Assembly: GCA_049606355.1 (NCBI GenBank)
Contig: JBMYVL010000002.1
Span: forward strand, 30,001 to 62,000
Direction of reading: 5' to 3'
Length of the DNA stretch: 32,000 bases
From: Opitutales bacterium
GTDB lineage: Bacteria; Verrucomicrobiota; Verrucomicrobiia; Opitutales; Coraliomargaritaceae
This document shows positions 1 through 13,732 of this stretch, piece after piece. A program made the translations under genes and the position numbers. The notes under the pieces are model-generated. The model did not search any database. It was not told the origin of the DNA and was given only the letters and a program-made list of their open reading frames with translations. Position 1 is the stretch's first letter. The number at the start of each line of letters is the position of its first letter.

Positions 1-1
1 G

Positions 2-616
2 GTACCACTTTTCCTCGGACCAAGTCTCGCAATTGTGGATTATCTACCGCAACTCATTGCTGAGTTCCGAGTCAATCTGCCTGATTTGAATGTTCAGATT
101 GCCGCACCCCTCTGCGGTGAAAACCCAGAACAGCCCGATGATCGGCTGGCGAGGATTTTGAAAGCGAATGTGTTAGCTACTGCTGAAGGGGCATCACTCA
201 ATCGATTGAAGGTTGCATTGGTGGACCATGGTACGCCAGCGAAGTCAGTCAACCTGCTGCGTAACCGTGTCGCCAGCCAATTAGCAGCAATGCTTGCTAC
301 GGAAGTCGTGGCGTGCTCTATGGAACGACGTGAGGGGGCAGAGTATGATTATAATGAGCCCTTACTTGAACGGGTGGATCGCTTGCCTGCTTTTGGAGGT
401 GGGGACTTAATCGTCGCCATGTTTTTTCTTTTGCCCGGCAGGCACGCGGGTGATGGAGGCGATGTCTCCGAAATCATGCAGCATTTAGTCGCCCGTCGCG
501 CTTATGGCAGTGCCAAGATGTCGCCTCTATTGGGGGAGCACCCCTTGTTGCTTGAAATCCTAAAGGATCGGCTCGACGCAAGCATCCATGCGATGCAAGC
601 AACTGCGCTTGTTTAA
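2..616 (+). CDS. CbiX/SirB-type class II tetrapyrrole (sirohydrochlorin) chelatase, C-terminal part; the 5' end lies outside the window
   Basis: Frame 2 is open from nt 2 ([16 protein letters not shown]...), upstream of the listed GTG at 35. It has chelatase-like half-domain signatures: VALVDHGTP (GHGS-like loop) and [18 protein letters not shown] (LLxxGxH-type metal-site motif). The family call is from motif memory only. Confidence 0.55.
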   Translation, partial: VPLFLGPSLAIVDYLPQLIAEFRVNLPDLNVQIAAPLCGENPEQPDDRLARILKANVLATAEGASLNRLKVALVDHGTPAKSVNLLRNRVASQLAAMLATEVVACSMERREGAEYDYNEPLLERVDRLPAFGGGDLIVAMFFLLPGRHAGDGGDVSEIMQHLVARRAYGSAKMSPLLGEHPLLLEILKDRLDASIHAMQATALV

Positions 617-1254
617 TTCGGCGAGATCAGGCCGTTGTGCATTGAAAAGCGGGTCAGGCTGGCGACATCGTGCAAATTCAATTTGCGCATGAGGTTCGTC
701 CGGTGATTCTCAGCGGTTTTAACGCTAATCGCGAGTTTCTCAGCGATGCTGCGCGTGCTGTGACTTTCGGCAATCAGTTGCAGGACTTGTCGCTCCCGTT
801 TGGTGAGACTGCTAAGACCTGAATCTTTGGACTGTGGATCCGCCATGACCTCTCGAAGCATGTCGGCTACTTCAGGTCCGAAATAGCTGCCGCCACTAGC
901 GGTAATCTCAATTCCCTTCTTTAATTCATTCAGAGATGCTGATTTTTCCACAAAGCCATGAGCCCCAGCGCGCAGCAGATCACTGACTAAACTGGGCGAC
1001 TGGTGTCCCGAAAAGACTAATATCCGTATATTGGGTATCTTTTCGACTATCCGTCGAATAATCTCAGGGCCGTTAAGTTGCGGTAGTAGTACATCGAGGA
1101 TCACAAAGTCTGGGCGGAGTTTTAGTATTTGTTCGCAACCTTCCAGGCCATCACCAGATTCGAGGATGACCTTAAATTGCTTTGGATCCAAAGCAGCTTT
1201 GCAGACCAATTCACGAATTGCTGTCTGATCTTCAATTATGGCGACGCTCCTCAT
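613..1254 (-). CDS. NarL/FixJ (LuxR-type) two-component response regulator; no adjacent histidine kinase
   Basis: The N-terminal receiver domain has VAIIEDQ...[10 protein letters not shown]...ILVFSGH. The C-terminal LuxR HTH reads [44 protein letters not shown] chose the ATG at 1254 ([10 protein letters not shown]); the ORF also opens at a GTG at 1278. Confidence 0.85.
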   Translation of the reverse strand: MRSVAIIEDQTAIRELVCKAALDPKQFKVILESGDGLEGCEQILKLRPDFVILDVLLPQLNGPEIIRRIVEKIPNIRILVFSGHQSPSLVSDLLRAGAHGFVEKSASLNELKKGIEITASGGSYFGPEVADMLREVMADPQSKDSGLSSLTKRERQVLQLIAESHSTRSIAEKLAISVKTAENHRTNLMRKLNLHDVASLTRFSMHNGLISPN

Positions 1255-1335
1255 GTTAGCGATGGTGTTCGCAACCACTTAAACGTACGCAGCGCAACGA
1301 GTCGGTGAGGCATTGGGGTAACTGAAATGACTATG

Positions 1336-1426
<91 letters not shown>

Positions 1427-1440
1427 AATCTGATGTTTTG

Positions 1441-1471
1441 ATTATTAGTGGGGAGCGGGAGCGCATTGCAA
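1441..1471 (-). promoter_or_regulatory. Putative sigma-70-type promoter for tRNA-Ser
   Basis: On the minus strand this reads TTGCAA-N18-TAATAAT, ending 14 nt upstream of the mature tRNA 5' end. Hexamer match only. Confidence 0.35.
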
Positions 1472-1533
1472 GTTGTTAATGCCTCTAAATCGTTCGCAAC
1501 TACTAGCTAGGCAGCTGGCGACCAACGAGCCTG

Positions 1534-3072
1534 TCAAAAAAATAGGTTCCGATCTAAGCTACGGTACTGAATGGCTTCGAGTAAGTGTGCGGTATCGATA
1601 GTCGTGCTGTCTGCTAAATCGGCGATGGTCCGTGCTACTTTTAAAATACGGTCGTAAGCGCGCGCCGACAGAGCAAGTTGTTCCATTGCTTGTTGCAGTA
1701 ATACGCCTTGCTCTGCGCTTATTTGGCAGTGATTACGAATCTGGCTGTGCTGCATGTGGGCATTACAGCGTGTGGAAGTCGCCTGAAAACGTTTGAGTTG
1801 TTTGCTGCGCGCGTGGATGCATCGGGCACGTATTGCAGCAGAACTTTCTGCGGGTCGATTTTCGCGAAGTTCTTCAATGCGTAGTGCAGGCGCTTCGATA
1901 TGAAGATCGATACGGTCGAGTAAGGGTCCGCTAATTCGGGCTCGGTAGCGCTGTATCTGTGGAACGGTACAGCGACATTCGCGTGTGGGGTCGCCTGTAT
2001 ATCCGCAGGGGCAGGGGTTCATGGCTGCAATGAGCATTACATTGCAGGGTAGAGTGACTTTACCTGCGCTGCGTGAAATGGTGACGTGGCCGTCTTCGAG
2101 GGGCTGGCGTAATACTTCCAGGGCAGATCGTTTAAATTCCGGTAATTCATCAAGGAATAATACGCCGTTATGGGCTAAAGAGAGTTCGCCTGGCCCGGGA
2201 ATGGTGCCGCCACCGAGTAAGCCGACATCACTGATGGTGTGGTGCGGCGAGCGAAAGGGGCGCCGAAACTCGCGGTTCTGATTTCGTAAGGTAATACCTG
2301 CTGCAGATTGGATACTTAGGATTTCAAGAAATTCGTTTAGATCCGGCTCGGGCATGATGCTCGGCACGCGCTTTGCGATCATGGATTTCCCTGAGCCTGG
2401 ACTTCCAATCATCAACAGGTTGTGGCCACCACTGACAGCGATCTCGATAGCCCTGCGTACGGCTTGCTGGCCCTTAACTTCAGCAAAATCAAAATTTTCG
2501 ATCGGCGCGCCTGCAGAATAGAACCGACTTTCTGCCGATTTTTTCGGTTTGATTTCTAATTCTGCATTCAAAAAGCGTACGGCATGGTCCAAACTATCAA
2601 CGGGGTATACCTTAACTTCATCAACTAAAGCAGCTTCCTCTGCTGAATCACTTGGTACGATGAGGCCGCTCAACCTAGATTTCCGTGTTAGCATTGCCAT
2701 TGCGAGCGCCCCTTTGATGGGCCGAGTTTGGCCAGATAAACTGAGTTCGCCGGCAATCATATATTGCTTTAAGTTATCTGCCTGGCACTGCTTCATCGAA
2801 GCCAAGATTCCCAATGCAATTGGCAAGTCATAGGCTGGGCCTTCTTTGCGTAGGTCTCCAGGCGCCAAGTTGATCGTTGTTCGTGTTTCAGGTCGGCGAT
2901 AACCACTGTTAGAGATAGCTGAAAACACGCGATCTTGAGATTCCTTAACTGCTGTATCGGGCAACCCGACTAAAATTAATTTCAATTCGCCCGCCTCTCC
3001 AGTATTGACCTCAACTTGCACAGGATGAGCCTCGACACCGATGAGCGCTGCAGATTGTGTGATACCAAGCAT
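1534..3072 (-). CDS. comM: YifB/ComM family Mg-chelatase-like AAA+ ATPase
   Basis: 512 aa. It has an N-terminal Lon-protease-like/ChlI domain, Walker [10 protein letters not shown], Walker [11 protein letters not shown], and the cysteine cluster NPCPCGY...CRC typical of ComM/YifB. Confidence 0.9.
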   Translation of the reverse strand: MLGITQSAALIGVEAHPVQVEVNTGEAGELKLILVGLPDTAVKESQDRVFSAISNSGYRRPETRTTINLAPGDLRKEGPAYDLPIALGILASMKQCQADNLKQYMIAGELSLSGQTRPIKGALAMAMLTRKSRLSGLIVPSDSAEEAALVDEVKVYPVDSLDHAVRFLNAELEIKPKKSAESRFYSAGAPIENFDFAEVKGQQAVRRAIEIAVSGGHNLLMIGSPGSGKSMIAKRVPSIMPEPDLNEFLEILSIQSAAGITLRNQNREFRRPFRSPHHTISDVGLLGGGTIPGPGELSLAHNGVLFLDELPEFKRSALEVLRQPLEDGHVTISRSAGKVTLPCNVMLIAAMNPCPCGYTGDPTRECRCTVPQIQRYRARISGPLLDRIDLHIEAPALRIEELRENRPAESSAAIRARCIHARSKQLKRFQATSTRCNAHMQHSQIRNHCQISAEQGVLLQQAMEQLALSARAYDRILKVARTIADLADSTTIDTAHLLEAIQYRSLDRNLFF

Positions 3073-3155
3073 ACGACTACTAGACTGTACTTAGTGCCCC
3101 GAGTGAGGGCATCTGTCTAGGGTAGACGCGACGACTGGCTTATTTTGATATTTTT

Positions 3156-3749
3156 GTGAAACTTGGATTAACAGGCGGTATCGGTTGTGGCAAATCAACA
3201 GCAGTTCGAATGCTGGCTGATTTGGGTTGGCGTACGCTCCAGGCCGATGCCATTGGACATGCGATTGTTGACGCGGATCCGTTGGTAAGAGATGCTTTGT
3301 TGGCACGTTGGGGTAATGCAGTTCTTGATAGTTGTGGACGTGTTTCCCGTCAATGGATTGCGACGCGTGTGTTTCGTGATGACGAGGAGCTCCAATGGTT
3401 GGAACAGCTCCTTCATCCGAGGATTCGAGCGGAGTGGGAACAGCGTGTAAGTGCAAATGCAGAGGCAAACTGGGTAGTGGAGATTCCATTGCTCTTCGAA
3501 AAAAGACTTGAAACAGCATTTGATTTCACTGTTTGTGTTGTGTGTCCGCTATCGACGGCAAAAGAGCGTATCCATCAACGTGGAGATGTCATTGCTGCGT
3601 TTGATCAACGCCGTCGTCGTCAATTGCCCTTAGAGTTGAAGGCAGCATGCGCAGACTATGTAATCTACAATGCCGGTAGCTTGAATTTCTTACAGAGACA
3701 AATTGAAGATTTAATTCAAAAATTGAGTGCTGTGCATGAGTGCCTGTAA
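3156..3749 (+). CDS. coaE: Dephospho-CoA kinase
   Basis: GTG start. The N-terminus KLGLTGGIGCGKST (P-loop), the ~197-aa length and the LLHPRI motif region are typical of CoaE. Confidence 0.85.
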   Translation: MKLGLTGGIGCGKSTAVRMLADLGWRTLQADAIGHAIVDADPLVRDALLARWGNAVLDSCGRVSRQWIATRVFRDDEELQWLEQLLHPRIRAEWEQRVSANAEANWVVEIPLLFEKRLETAFDFTVCVVCPLSTAKERIHQRGDVIAAFDQRRRRQLPLELKAACADYVIYNAGSLNFLQRQIEDLIQKLSAVHECL

Positions 3750-3791
3750 GCCATGCATCAATGCTTCAGAAGTATCCTTTTATAATAGACC

Positions 3792-5579
<1,788 letters not shown>

Positions 5580-5611
5580 CCTTTTTCGCACACCAACGCC
5601 AGCATCCTGCC

Positions 5612-7336
5612 GTGACTCCAGCCGAGGATTTTATTCTCGATTTATTAGAAGCAAAAGGAGTCATTGTTAAATCGGTCATTGATGGTCTCCGTAGTCAGTT
5701 GGAGTCTGGGAGTTCGGGATGCGCTATCGATCAGGCGAAGCTTGAATCATTGATTAGCGCCCATGGCGTGTCTCCAATGCAGCTAGCGGCATTGCTGGCT
5801 GAAAGCTTTGATATGGAGGCTGTGGATTTGTCGAATAGCCTCCCTTCTTCGGCAGCGCTCGATGTTGTTGGCTACGATTTGGCGAGAAAATATAATGCGC
5901 TTCCTCTCGAGGTGGATGATGTGGAGCTTAAGATCGCCGTTAGCAATCCACTGGATACGGATGCTGCCGATTCCATTAGTCATCTGTCGAAGCGTTCTGT
6001 GATCTGCTGCGTGGCGCCCCAGTCAGCGATTATGCAGGCGATTCAGGAGCATTATGGAAGGGCAGAAATTGGTTCTACTGATAACGCAGATCCTTTTTTA
6101 GATGACAAGATAGGAGGCAGTGCGAGTTCCAGCCCCATGGTTGAGATGCCTGTTGATTCAAAGGAAGAGGGTCCAATTATCGGTTTAGTACAGCGAATCA
6201 TTTCCGAGGGATCTAAGCGTCGAGCATCGGATATCCATCTGGAGCCCTTGGAGAAGCGCTTTCGAATCCGCTATCGAGTCGATGGGATACTGCATGAAGT
6301 GGAAGATGTGCCCAAGCGATTGCATCCTACCATTGTCTCTCGGATAAAACTGATGGCTAATCTGAGCATTGCTGAAAAACGGCTACCACAGGATGGGCGG
6401 ATTCACACTGAGGTTAATTCTAAGGTGATTGATTTACGCGTATCGACCCTGCCTACTTCCTTTGGTGAGAGTATTGTCATACGAATACTAGACAAAGAGG
6501 AGTTAGCACTTCGTCTACCTCAACTAGGTCTTTGGGATGATGATCAGGCAGCGTTTGAGCGAATGATCGCTATGCCTGATGGGGTTTTCTTAGTCGTGGG
6601 ACCGACCGGTTCAGGTAAATCAACGACCCTTTACGCGGCACTGAGCTATCTTAACCGTGCGGATCGTAAGATTATTACGGTGGAGGATCCCGTAGAGTAT
6701 GAAATATTTGGGATCAATCAGGTTCAAGTTCGCCGGGATGTAGGCATGACGTTTGCAGCTGCGCTTCGATCTGTGTTACGACAGGCGCCTAATATTATAA
6801 TGGTAGGTGAGATTCGTGACCGTGAAACTGCAGAAATTGCAGTAAATGCTTCTTTGACGGGTCACATGGTATTCAGTACCTTACATGCGAATGATGCGCC
6901 AAGTGCTGTTACGCGTCTCATGGATATAGGTATTAAGCCGTTTTTACTGTCTGCATCGTTACGCGCTGTGCTCGCGCAGCGCCTCGTGAGGCGTAATTGT
7001 GTGGGCTGTAAACAATCGGATGAACCAAGCCAGAAACTATCAAATGCACTGGGCATCTCCAGGCATCAGCTCACTGAGGCAAAGCTTATGAAAGGTAAAG
7101 GATGTGTTAAATGCAACTCAACCGGATTTCGTGGTCGAGTTGGTATTTTTGAATTGTTTACACTGTCCGAAACATTGGAGCAGATGGTGTATGCAGAGGC
7201 TAGCTTGCTTGAATTGAGAAATAAAATGAAGGAGATGGGCATGCGCACAATGCGCGATGATGGTGTGCGAAAGGTTTTGGCTGGATTGACAACTTGTGAA
7301 GAGGTCTTGCACGTAACGGTTGCTGATTCTGCTTAA
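5612..7336 (+). CDS. pilB: GspE/PilB-family type IV filament extension (assembly) ATPase, paralogue 1
   Basis: 574 aa. It has an N-terminal T2SSE_N-like domain, Walker [10 protein letters not shown], Asp box [10 protein letters not shown], Walker [10 protein letters not shown], His box [13 protein letters not shown], and a tetracysteine motif CVGC...CVKC. Confidence 0.9.
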   Translation: MTPAEDFILDLLEAKGVIVKSVIDGLRSQLESGSSGCAIDQAKLESLISAHGVSPMQLAALLAESFDMEAVDLSNSLPSSAALDVVGYDLARKYNALPLEVDDVELKIAVSNPLDTDAADSISHLSKRSVICCVAPQSAIMQAIQEHYGRAEIGSTDNADPFLDDKIGGSASSSPMVEMPVDSKEEGPIIGLVQRIISEGSKRRASDIHLEPLEKRFRIRYRVDGILHEVEDVPKRLHPTIVSRIKLMANLSIAEKRLPQDGRIHTEVNSKVIDLRVSTLPTSFGESIVIRILDKEELALRLPQLGLWDDDQAAFERMIAMPDGVFLVVGPTGSGKSTTLYAALSYLNRADRKIITVEDPVEYEIFGINQVQVRRDVGMTFAAALRSVLRQAPNIIMVGEIRDRETAEIAVNASLTGHMVFSTLHANDAPSAVTRLMDIGIKPFLLSASLRAVLAQRLVRRNCVGCKQSDEPSQKLSNALGISRHQLTEAKLMKGKGCVKCNSTGFRGRVGIFELFTLSETLEQMVYAEASLLELRNKMKEMGMRTMRDDGVRKVLAGLTTCEEVLHVTVADSA

Positions 7337-7354
7337 GGTGTTGGTTGGATTTAA

Positions 7355-8455
7355 ATGACTAACGAACAATCGATGGCTTATGTTATGAATGATTTGCTCG
7401 ATTTAATGGTCGAGCAGAATGCGTCCGATCTGCACTTGCAGGTTGGGCAATCTCCTACCTTACGTGTCCACGGAAGTATGGTAGCTGTCGAAGGTGAGTT
7501 TTTAACGCCCCAAGATACCGAGGATTTAATGCGGTCGATCACTTCACCTGCGAATCAAGAGCGCTTGAAGACTTCCGGCGGAGCTGATTTCGGTTTCGCA
7601 TTTGAGCAACGCGCTCGTTTTAGAGTGAGTGTGTTACGTTCAAAGGGGTCTTATGGCATGGTGCTTCGTCAAATTCCAAATGACTTACTTTCATTTCAGG
7701 AATTGGGCCTTCCCGACATGGTTAAGGAGTTAATCAGTCGGCCTCGTGGTTTGATTTTGGTTACGGGCCCGACCGGGTCGGGAAAGTCGACGACGCTCGC
7801 GTCGATGATCGATTGGATCAATTCGAACTCCGATGGACATATTATCACGATCGAAGATCCGATTGAATATTATCACTCGCACAAAAATTGTATATTAACT
7901 CAACGTGAGGTTGGTGTTGATGTTCCCTCCTTTGCAGAAGCAATTCGCGGTGCGCTGCGCCAAGACCCGGATGTTATTTTGGTCGGTGAAATGCGCGATT
8001 TGGAAACTATTGAGGCTGCGGTTGGCGCTGCAGAGACGGGCCATTTGGTTTTTGGAACGCTTCACACAACTGGGGCTGCCCGAACTGTGGACCGCATCGT
8101 AGATGCTTTTCCTTCACACATGAAGGACCAGATCCGTACGCAATTGGCTTCATCCATCGTTGCGGTAATTTCGCAGGTACTTTGCAAAAAAACAGAAGGC
8201 GGGCGAATTGCCGCTTTCGAGATTATGGTGACGACTACGTCCATCGCGCAGTTGATTCGTGAAAATAAGACCTTTCGTATCGCTTCGGACATACAAACCG
8301 GTGCGCGGCTTGGTATGATCAGCCTAGATGCGCATTTACTGAGTCTTCACGGTCGAAATTTAATCTCTGCTGAAGAGGCGATCGCCAAGGCTCAAGCGCC
8401 GGATACGATGAGAGAGAGGCTTATGGGGAGTCGCCAGGATTTACCGAAGTATTAA
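7355..8455 (+). CDS. pilT: PilT twitching-motility (retraction) ATPase
   Basis: 366 aa. [33 protein letters not shown] and [11 protein letters not shown] are present. The PilT signature AIRNLIRE is present as IAQLIRENK. Confidence 0.92.
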   Translation: MTNEQSMAYVMNDLLDLMVEQNASDLHLQVGQSPTLRVHGSMVAVEGEFLTPQDTEDLMRSITSPANQERLKTSGGADFGFAFEQRARFRVSVLRSKGSYGMVLRQIPNDLLSFQELGLPDMVKELISRPRGLILVTGPTGSGKSTTLASMIDWINSNSDGHIITIEDPIEYYHSHKNCILTQREVGVDVPSFAEAIRGALRQDPDVILVGEMRDLETIEAAVGAAETGHLVFGTLHTTGAARTVDRIVDAFPSHMKDQIRTQLASSIVAVISQVLCKKTEGGRIAAFEIMVTTTSIAQLIRENKTFRIASDIQTGARLGMISLDAHLLSLHGRNLISAEEAIAKAQAPDTMRERLMGSRQDLPKY

Positions 8456-8478
8456 TCGGATCTTTTGAGTGATACTCG

Positions 8479-10164
8479 ATGTTCTGTAATTATAATGACT
8501 TAGTTTACAGAATCATAGGAGCAGCTAATTTACTCGATCAGAGCGCACTAGATGAGCTTAAGACTTATCTAAAAGGGGATCAGTCGCTGATTGTAGCCGT
8601 GCTGGATACTGGCCTGGTTGATTCAGATGAGCTCTGGGCAGCAATTGCAGATCACTTGGGATATGAGTATCTACCTGCTGTCGATATAGCTATGGTGCAG
8701 GCGGTATCGTCTGCTTTAAGTGCAGAGGTCGCGCATAAGTATGCAGTTGTACCTATTAGCTCCGCTTCGACATCGGTCTCATTGCTGGCGAGAGACCCAT
8801 TTAATAATACTATTATCGATGATTTAACTTTGTCGCTGAACAAGGATGTTTGTATTAAAGTTACTGATCCGCGCAGAGTTGATGAGTTAATAGAGAAGAC
8901 TTATGGTAAACAAAGTACATCCATTGAAGCGGTTCTTATCGATCTGGATGATTTTATTTCGAAAAGAGAAGAGGATCTAGCGAGTCCTGATTCGGCGGAT
9001 ATCGAGAATGAAACACCAATCATTCGCTTCGTTAACTTGATTTTACAGCAAGCGGTTAAGAGCAGGGCTTCAGATATCCATTTTGAGCCTTTCGAAGAAC
9101 AATTCCGTATTCGTTACCGGACCGATGGGGCACTTCATGAGATGCCTCCATCACCGAAGCGCCTTGCGACTCCGGTGATTTCTCGGGTTAAAGTGCTTTC
9201 GAATCTGAATGTATTCGAGACGCGTGTACCCCAGGATGGACGAATTAAAATGACCATCAATGGAAGCGCAGTTGATTTTCGAGTTTCAACGCTCCCAACT
9301 CAATTCGGAGAAAGCGTTGTGCTCCGTGTATTGAATAAGTCAGCGATTCAGTCAGACCTGAACGCACTTAGCTTGCCGGAAGACACTCTCGATATGATCC
9401 GTGTAATTGTTAAGAAAGCTAATGGCATCTTTGTTGTTACGGGTCCTACTGGTTCGGGTAAAACTACGACGCTTTATGGCGCCTTGCAAGAGATCAATAC
9501 GGTTGAAACAAAAATTTTAACGGCTGAAGACCCGGTAGAATATGAAATAGACGGAATTATGCAGGTGGCCGTCAATCACCGGGTCGGTCTCGATTTTGCA
9601 TCGACCTTAAAAGCTTTTCTGCGCCAAGACCCAGATAAAATTATGGTGGGCGAAATTCGCGACCTCGAAACGGCGCAGGCCGCAGTGCAGGCCTCACTAA
9701 CAGGTCATTTAGTGCTGACAACGCTGCATACCAACGATGCGCCGGGAGCTGTCACTCGCTTAGTCGATATGGGGTTGGAGCCCTTTCTGATCTCTGCGTC
9801 CCTCGAGGCTGTTTTGGCACAGCGCCTAGTACGAAGGATCTGCCCCAATTGCCGGCGAGCTTATCAACCGAATCAAGATTTGATTGATAGGTTAGAGCTG
9901 GATCCCTCGGAAATTGCAGGTAAAGGCTTTTATCGTGGGAGCGGTTGTTTGAAGTGTAGTCATACGGGGTATCGTGGTCGAATCGGCTTATTTGAAATGA
10001 TGGTGGTTTCGGAGGAGTTGAGTGACCTGATTCACTGTCATGCATCAACGCAGCTTATCCGAGAAAAAGCTATCGAACAGGGGATGCGCAGTTTACGCAA
10101 AAGTGGTGCGCGCGCCATTTTTCAGGGCGACTCCACGATTCAAGAGATACTCAGATATACTTAA
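8479..10164 (+). CDS. pilB: GspE/PilB-family type IV filament extension ATPase, paralogue 2
   Basis: 561 aa. It has a T2SSE_N-like N-terminus, [40 protein letters not shown], and the tetracysteine CPNC...CLKC. In the stretch I aligned by eye (IH(L/F)EP...(D/N)K), 50 of 88 residues are identical to paralogue 1. Confidence 0.9.
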   Translation: MFCNYNDLVYRIIGAANLLDQSALDELKTYLKGDQSLIVAVLDTGLVDSDELWAAIADHLGYEYLPAVDIAMVQAVSSALSAEVAHKYAVVPISSASTSVSLLARDPFNNTIIDDLTLSLNKDVCIKVTDPRRVDELIEKTYGKQSTSIEAVLIDLDDFISKREEDLASPDSADIENETPIIRFVNLILQQAVKSRASDIHFEPFEEQFRIRYRTDGALHEMPPSPKRLATPVISRVKVLSNLNVFETRVPQDGRIKMTINGSAVDFRVSTLPTQFGESVVLRVLNKSAIQSDLNALSLPEDTLDMIRVIVKKANGIFVVTGPTGSGKTTTLYGALQEINTVETKILTAEDPVEYEIDGIMQVAVNHRVGLDFASTLKAFLRQDPDKIMVGEIRDLETAQAAVQASLTGHLVLTTLHTNDAPGAVTRLVDMGLEPFLISASLEAVLAQRLVRRICPNCRRAYQPNQDLIDRLELDPSEIAGKGFYRGSGCLKCSHTGYRGRIGLFEMMVVSEELSDLIHCHASTQLIREKAIEQGMRSLRKSGARAIFQGDSTIQEILRYT

Positions 10165-10210
10165 TCGTTAGCTCTTTAGCACCTGATTGAAGTATTTAAC
10201 TACTATTTTG

Positions 10211-11302
10211 ATGCCAGCCAAATTCCAATTACTGCGGTATTTGAGTCGACCATTGACAAGGGTCATTCAGCAGCGGGAGTTGGCTGTTTTTACGCGACAA
10301 ATAGCGACTCTGGCTTTTGCTGGATTGCCGCTATTACGCGCACTGGAGGTGATGATTCATCAGGAGCGCAATCTTAGGTTTAAGGCGATTTTGAAGCAAA
10401 TTGCTCAGCAGGTTGAGTCTGGTGGATCCTTCTCTGAAGGACTGGCGCAGCACCCTAAAATATTTGGAAAACTCTACGTGAATATGGTTCGTGCAGGGGA
10501 GCTTGGAGGCTTTTTAGATGTAGCACTTTGTCGCATCGCAGACTTCATAGAGAAGATACAGCGAACGAAGGCAAAAATTAAGTCGGCGATGCTTTACCCT
10601 CTTGTAGTTACTGGTGTTGCCCTTGCGATCGTTATACTTTTAATGATTGTTGTCGTTCCTAAGTTCCAATCGATATTTACTGACATGCTTGCTGGAGCTA
10701 CCTTGCCAGCGCCGACACGGCTAGTAATTAACATCAGCAACAGTATGGTGGAGCATTTATTGCCGTACCTGCTTACACTGATTGTTTTGTTCATTGCAGG
10801 TAAGTTATTTTTCAAGACTGCTTTAGGGATAAGGAGCTTGAGCTGGTGTACCTTACATACGCCGAAAATTCGGGGCATCGTTCGCAAAGTAAATATTGCA
10901 CGTATGACTCGTACTTTAGGTGCACTACTTTCGAGTGGCGTGCCGATCTTACAAGCAATCATTATCACCAGGAATCTTACGACAAATGTTTATTATTCGA
11001 CTGCCTTGCTACGGATACATCACCGGGTGCGCGACGGTGACGCGCTCTCGATTTCAATGGAGCGCGAATACCTTTTCCCGATGATGCTGACTAGTATGGT
11101 CGATGTGGGTGAGCAGAGCGGTGCACTCCCGGAAATGCTGGAGCGAATTGCCGATAACTACGAAGAAGACGTTGATAATCTTGTCGCTGGCATTACTGCA
11201 ATTATTGAGCCTCTGATGATTGTTTTCTTGGCGATTGCTGTTGGCTTTATCGTGATCGCACTATTTCTGCCCATAGTAGAAATAATCAGGCAGCTAACCT
11301 AA
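10211..11302 (+). CDS. pilC: PilC/GspF-family inner-membrane platform protein
   Basis: Two GspF repeats ([19 protein letters not shown]...; [19 protein letters not shown]...) and three hydrophobic segments. I preferred the ATG at 10211; the ORF opens at a TTG at 10187. It is somewhat shorter at the N-terminus than typical ~400-aa PilC. Confidence 0.88.
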   Translation: MPAKFQLLRYLSRPLTRVIQQRELAVFTRQIATLAFAGLPLLRALEVMIHQERNLRFKAILKQIAQQVESGGSFSEGLAQHPKIFGKLYVNMVRAGELGGFLDVALCRIADFIEKIQRTKAKIKSAMLYPLVVTGVALAIVILLMIVVVPKFQSIFTDMLAGATLPAPTRLVINISNSMVEHLLPYLLTLIVLFIAGKLFFKTALGIRSLSWCTLHTPKIRGIVRKVNIARMTRTLGALLSSGVPILQAIIITRNLTTNVYYSTALLRIHHRVRDGDALSISMEREYLFPMMLTSMVDVGEQSGALPEMLERIADNYEEDVDNLVAGITAIIEPLMIVFLAIAVGFIVIALFLPIVEIIRQLT

Positions 11303-11305
11303 TCG

Positions 11306-11330
11306 TACCGATCGATTCGAATCGTCGGTA
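11306..11330 (+). terminator. Hairpin just after pilC; a weak terminator candidate
   Basis: TACCGA(t)CGA-ttcgaa-TCGTCGGTA gives a 6+3 bp stem with one bulge, starting 4 nt after the pilC stop. It is followed by a T/C-rich stretch but no clean U-tract. Confidence 0.25.
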
Positions 11331-11454
11331 TGGCTTCGCTTCTTCCTGTTCAAGCTTGTTCGATCAGTGCGACGAGCAACTTATTTGAAGTTATAGTGCT
11401 CGCCCGAAAGGCGGTTTCATGCATAGTGTCGTCATTTATCTTTAATTAATTTTT

Positions 11455-12702
11455 ATGAATGGTTTAGTTGTCGCGTTTGTTGTTTTACTTTTATTAAAGG
11501 TTACCGTCAGCACTGTGCTGGATGTCATTAATTTGCGCTATTTGCGTGTCCATGCAAAGGATGTGCCCGATGCGTTTCGTGGGTTTATCGATTCGGACAC
11601 GTATCGAAAGTCAGTCGAGTACACTATGGCAAAAACTCGCTTTAGTATCGCGCATGAAATTTACGATGCACTGGTCCTTGCGCTGGTGATCCTGTGTGGT
11701 TTTTTACCATGGCTGTTTGTTGCAAGCAGTAATGCTATAGGGTACAGCATAGGCGCACAGTCTGTGGTATTTTGTTTAATAGTGCTCCTGCTGTCGGTGC
11801 CCAACATGCCTTTTGATTGGTGGGGTACTTTTCGCTTAGAGGAGCGCTTTGGTTTTAACAAAAGCACGTTCAAGCTTTGGTGCTCTGATAAAGTCAAAGG
11901 CGTCGTTATTGCGGCCTTTATTAGTCTGCCGCTGGTGGCACTCTTGTTGTTTTTTGTACGCTCGGTTGGTAATGCATGGTGGATATATGGTTTTGTCGCC
12001 TTTTTCGCTTTCCAGCTGATAATGGTAGTCGCTTACCCCATGTTTATTATGCCGCTGTTCAATAAGTTGGAGCCGATTGAAGAGGGGGAGTTGAAGCAGC
12101 GCTTATTTGCTCTCGCAGACCGTTCAGGTTTTAAGGCTAAAACCATTCTTGTTATGGATGGAAGTAAGCGCTCTGGGCACTCAAATGCTTTCTTCGCAGG
12201 CTTCGGAGGTTTTAGGCGTATCGTTCTGTTTGATACATTGATCGAGCAAATGAGTACGAGCCAGATTGAAGCTGTGTTGGCGCATGAGATTGGCCATTAC
12301 AAGCTCGGACACATTCCGAAGATGCTACTACTTTCTGGATTTCTTACACTGTCGCTTTTTGCGCTGCTTGGAGGTTTATCCGCCTCTACTCAATTTGCCG
12401 AAGCTTTTTATTTTTCGAGTTTGAGTCAGGAACAATTAATTATTCCAGTGTTTTTATTATTTTTAACGATGGGGGGGCTAATTGGTTTTTGGATGAGTCC
12501 GATTTCGAACGCGATTTCACGTAAGCATGAGTATGAGGCTGACGCCTTTGCCTGTGAAGCAATGGGAGAGTCCGAATCCTTGATTTCCGCATTAAGACAA
12601 TTGCATCGCGAAAACTTGAGTAATTTAACGCCGCATCCAGTGTATAGCGCGTTTCATTATTCGCATCCAACACTTGCCGAACGCGAGGCCGCGATGCGCT
12701 AG
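11455..12702 (+). CDS. Ste24/HtpX-type M48 zinc metalloprotease (CAAX-prenyl-protease-like)
   Basis: 415 aa and multi-pass membrane. It has an N-terminal Ste24-like region (LRYLRVH...[14 protein letters not shown]) and the HExxH motif [12 protein letters not shown]. Confidence 0.85.
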   Translation: MNGLVVAFVVLLLLKVTVSTVLDVINLRYLRVHAKDVPDAFRGFIDSDTYRKSVEYTMAKTRFSIAHEIYDALVLALVILCGFLPWLFVASSNAIGYSIGAQSVVFCLIVLLLSVPNMPFDWWGTFRLEERFGFNKSTFKLWCSDKVKGVVIAAFISLPLVALLLFFVRSVGNAWWIYGFVAFFAFQLIMVVAYPMFIMPLFNKLEPIEEGELKQRLFALADRSGFKAKTILVMDGSKRSGHSNAFFAGFGGFRRIVLFDTLIEQMSTSQIEAVLAHEIGHYKLGHIPKMLLLSGFLTLSLFALLGGLSASTQFAEAFYFSSLSQEQLIIPVFLLFLTMGGLIGFWMSPISNAISRKHEYEADAFACEAMGESESLISALRQLHRENLSNLTPHPVYSAFHYSHPTLAEREAAMR

Positions 12703-12742
12703 CGATGCCACTCGTTTGATCCTTGGCATCTGCTCTATCGTA

Positions 12743-13636
12743 ATGATGCGCTTTATCCACGGGATTTTATTATGTCTATTGGTGGTCTTGCCCTGTGTCG
12801 GTGAGTCGCTACGTTTAGCAACCTACAATCTAAAAAATTACCTCTCAATGGATCGTCGTGTGGATTCCACTTGGCGCCTGCAGTATCCAAAGCCCGAAGT
12901 GGAAAAGCGTTCGGTACGCGAAGTCATTAAACAGGTCGCACCTGACATTTTAGCTCTTCAAGAAATAGGCTCCCTTCCGTATCTTGAGGAGCTCCGGAGC
13001 GACTTAGCAGCCGAGGGCTTGTATTACCCATATGTCGTGCACATGGTAGGGGAGGATGCCGAACGCCACCTAGGCTTGTTGAGTCAGATTCAACCCTTGG
13101 CAGTCCACAAACACGTGGACTTGAGCTTTAAGTATTTTGATAAACGTCTACCCGTGCGCCGTGGCATGTTAGAGCTCGTATTTGGTGACCCTGTAAACGA
13201 CGTTCAATATAAGCTCTTTGTGGTTCATCTGAAAAGTCGATTTACGGAAAATAAAGCCGATCCAGATTCTGAACTTCGCCGTGTTCGCGAGGCAGAGGCG
13301 TGTAGAAACCGAGTTATCCAACGAACGTTCGATGCCGATGTCGCGCATTTCATAATCGCGGGTGATTTTAACGATCACCCTGCGAGTGCCAGTTTGCGAC
13401 GATTCTACCATCGCGGACCAATTAATATCGCATCCAAGCTGCAGGCCGAAGACAGTCGAGGGGAGCTCTGGACGCACTATTACGCGAAAGAATCGCTTTA
13501 TTCTTCAGTGGATGGACTTTTGTTTTCAGAGGCTTTCCTATCTTCCTGGGGCGTGGGTAAAGGATGTATCGTTGACAACTTGAGTTCGTTAAAGGGAAGT
13601 GATCACCGTATGGTTTATGTTGACGTCGAGTTTTAA
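12743..13636 (+). CDS. Secreted endonuclease/exonuclease/phosphatase (EEP) family protein
   Basis: Signal-peptide-like N-terminus MMRFIHGILLCLLVVLPCVG. EEP motifs present: LATYNLKN, ILALQEI, FIIAGDFND, GSDHRMVYVD. The start at 12743 avoids overlap with the M48 gene; the ORF opens at 12674. Confidence 0.75.
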   Translation: MMRFIHGILLCLLVVLPCVGESLRLATYNLKNYLSMDRRVDSTWRLQYPKPEVEKRSVREVIKQVAPDILALQEIGSLPYLEELRSDLAAEGLYYPYVVHMVGEDAERHLGLLSQIQPLAVHKHVDLSFKYFDKRLPVRRGMLELVFGDPVNDVQYKLFVVHLKSRFTENKADPDSELRRVREAEACRNRVIQRTFDADVAHFIIAGDFNDHPASASLRRFYHRGPINIASKLQAEDSRGELWTHYYAKESLYSSVDGLLFSEAFLSSWGVGKGCIVDNLSSLKGSDHRMVYVDVEF

Positions 13637-13732
13637 GGGTGGCGCCTTGAACGAGTGTTATTCCTTAAGGCATTTGGCATTCAACGTCTTATAGTCGTTA
13701 GTGCCGTTTTGAATTAATCGGTTTTTCTTTAT

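Noticed and set aside
3083-3119. The imperfect inverted repeat CTAGAC...TGCCC-cgagtga-GGGCA...GTCTAG in the comM/coaE divergent gap.
   Set aside because: It is asymmetric with unpaired spacers. It could be an operator, but there is no supporting evidence from the sequence alone.
5612-5760. A possible MshEN-type c-di-GMP-binding motif (RLGxxLLxxGLIxxxxLxxxLxxQ) at the N-termini of both PilB paralogues. The second lies at 8479-8620.
   Set aside because: Aligned by eye, the key R and G positions are missing and the spacing is off by one in paralogue 1. Paralogue 2 has only a loose RIIG...L pattern. This is not enough to claim c-di-GMP binding.
11330-11449. A 39-codon ORF ([39 protein letters not shown]) in the pilC/M48 gap. 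I checked whether it could be a missed pilin.
   Set aside because: It has no prepilin leader (no G/FTLIE-type motif) and no ribosome-binding signal, and its composition is unremarkable. Its size and content are consistent with chance.
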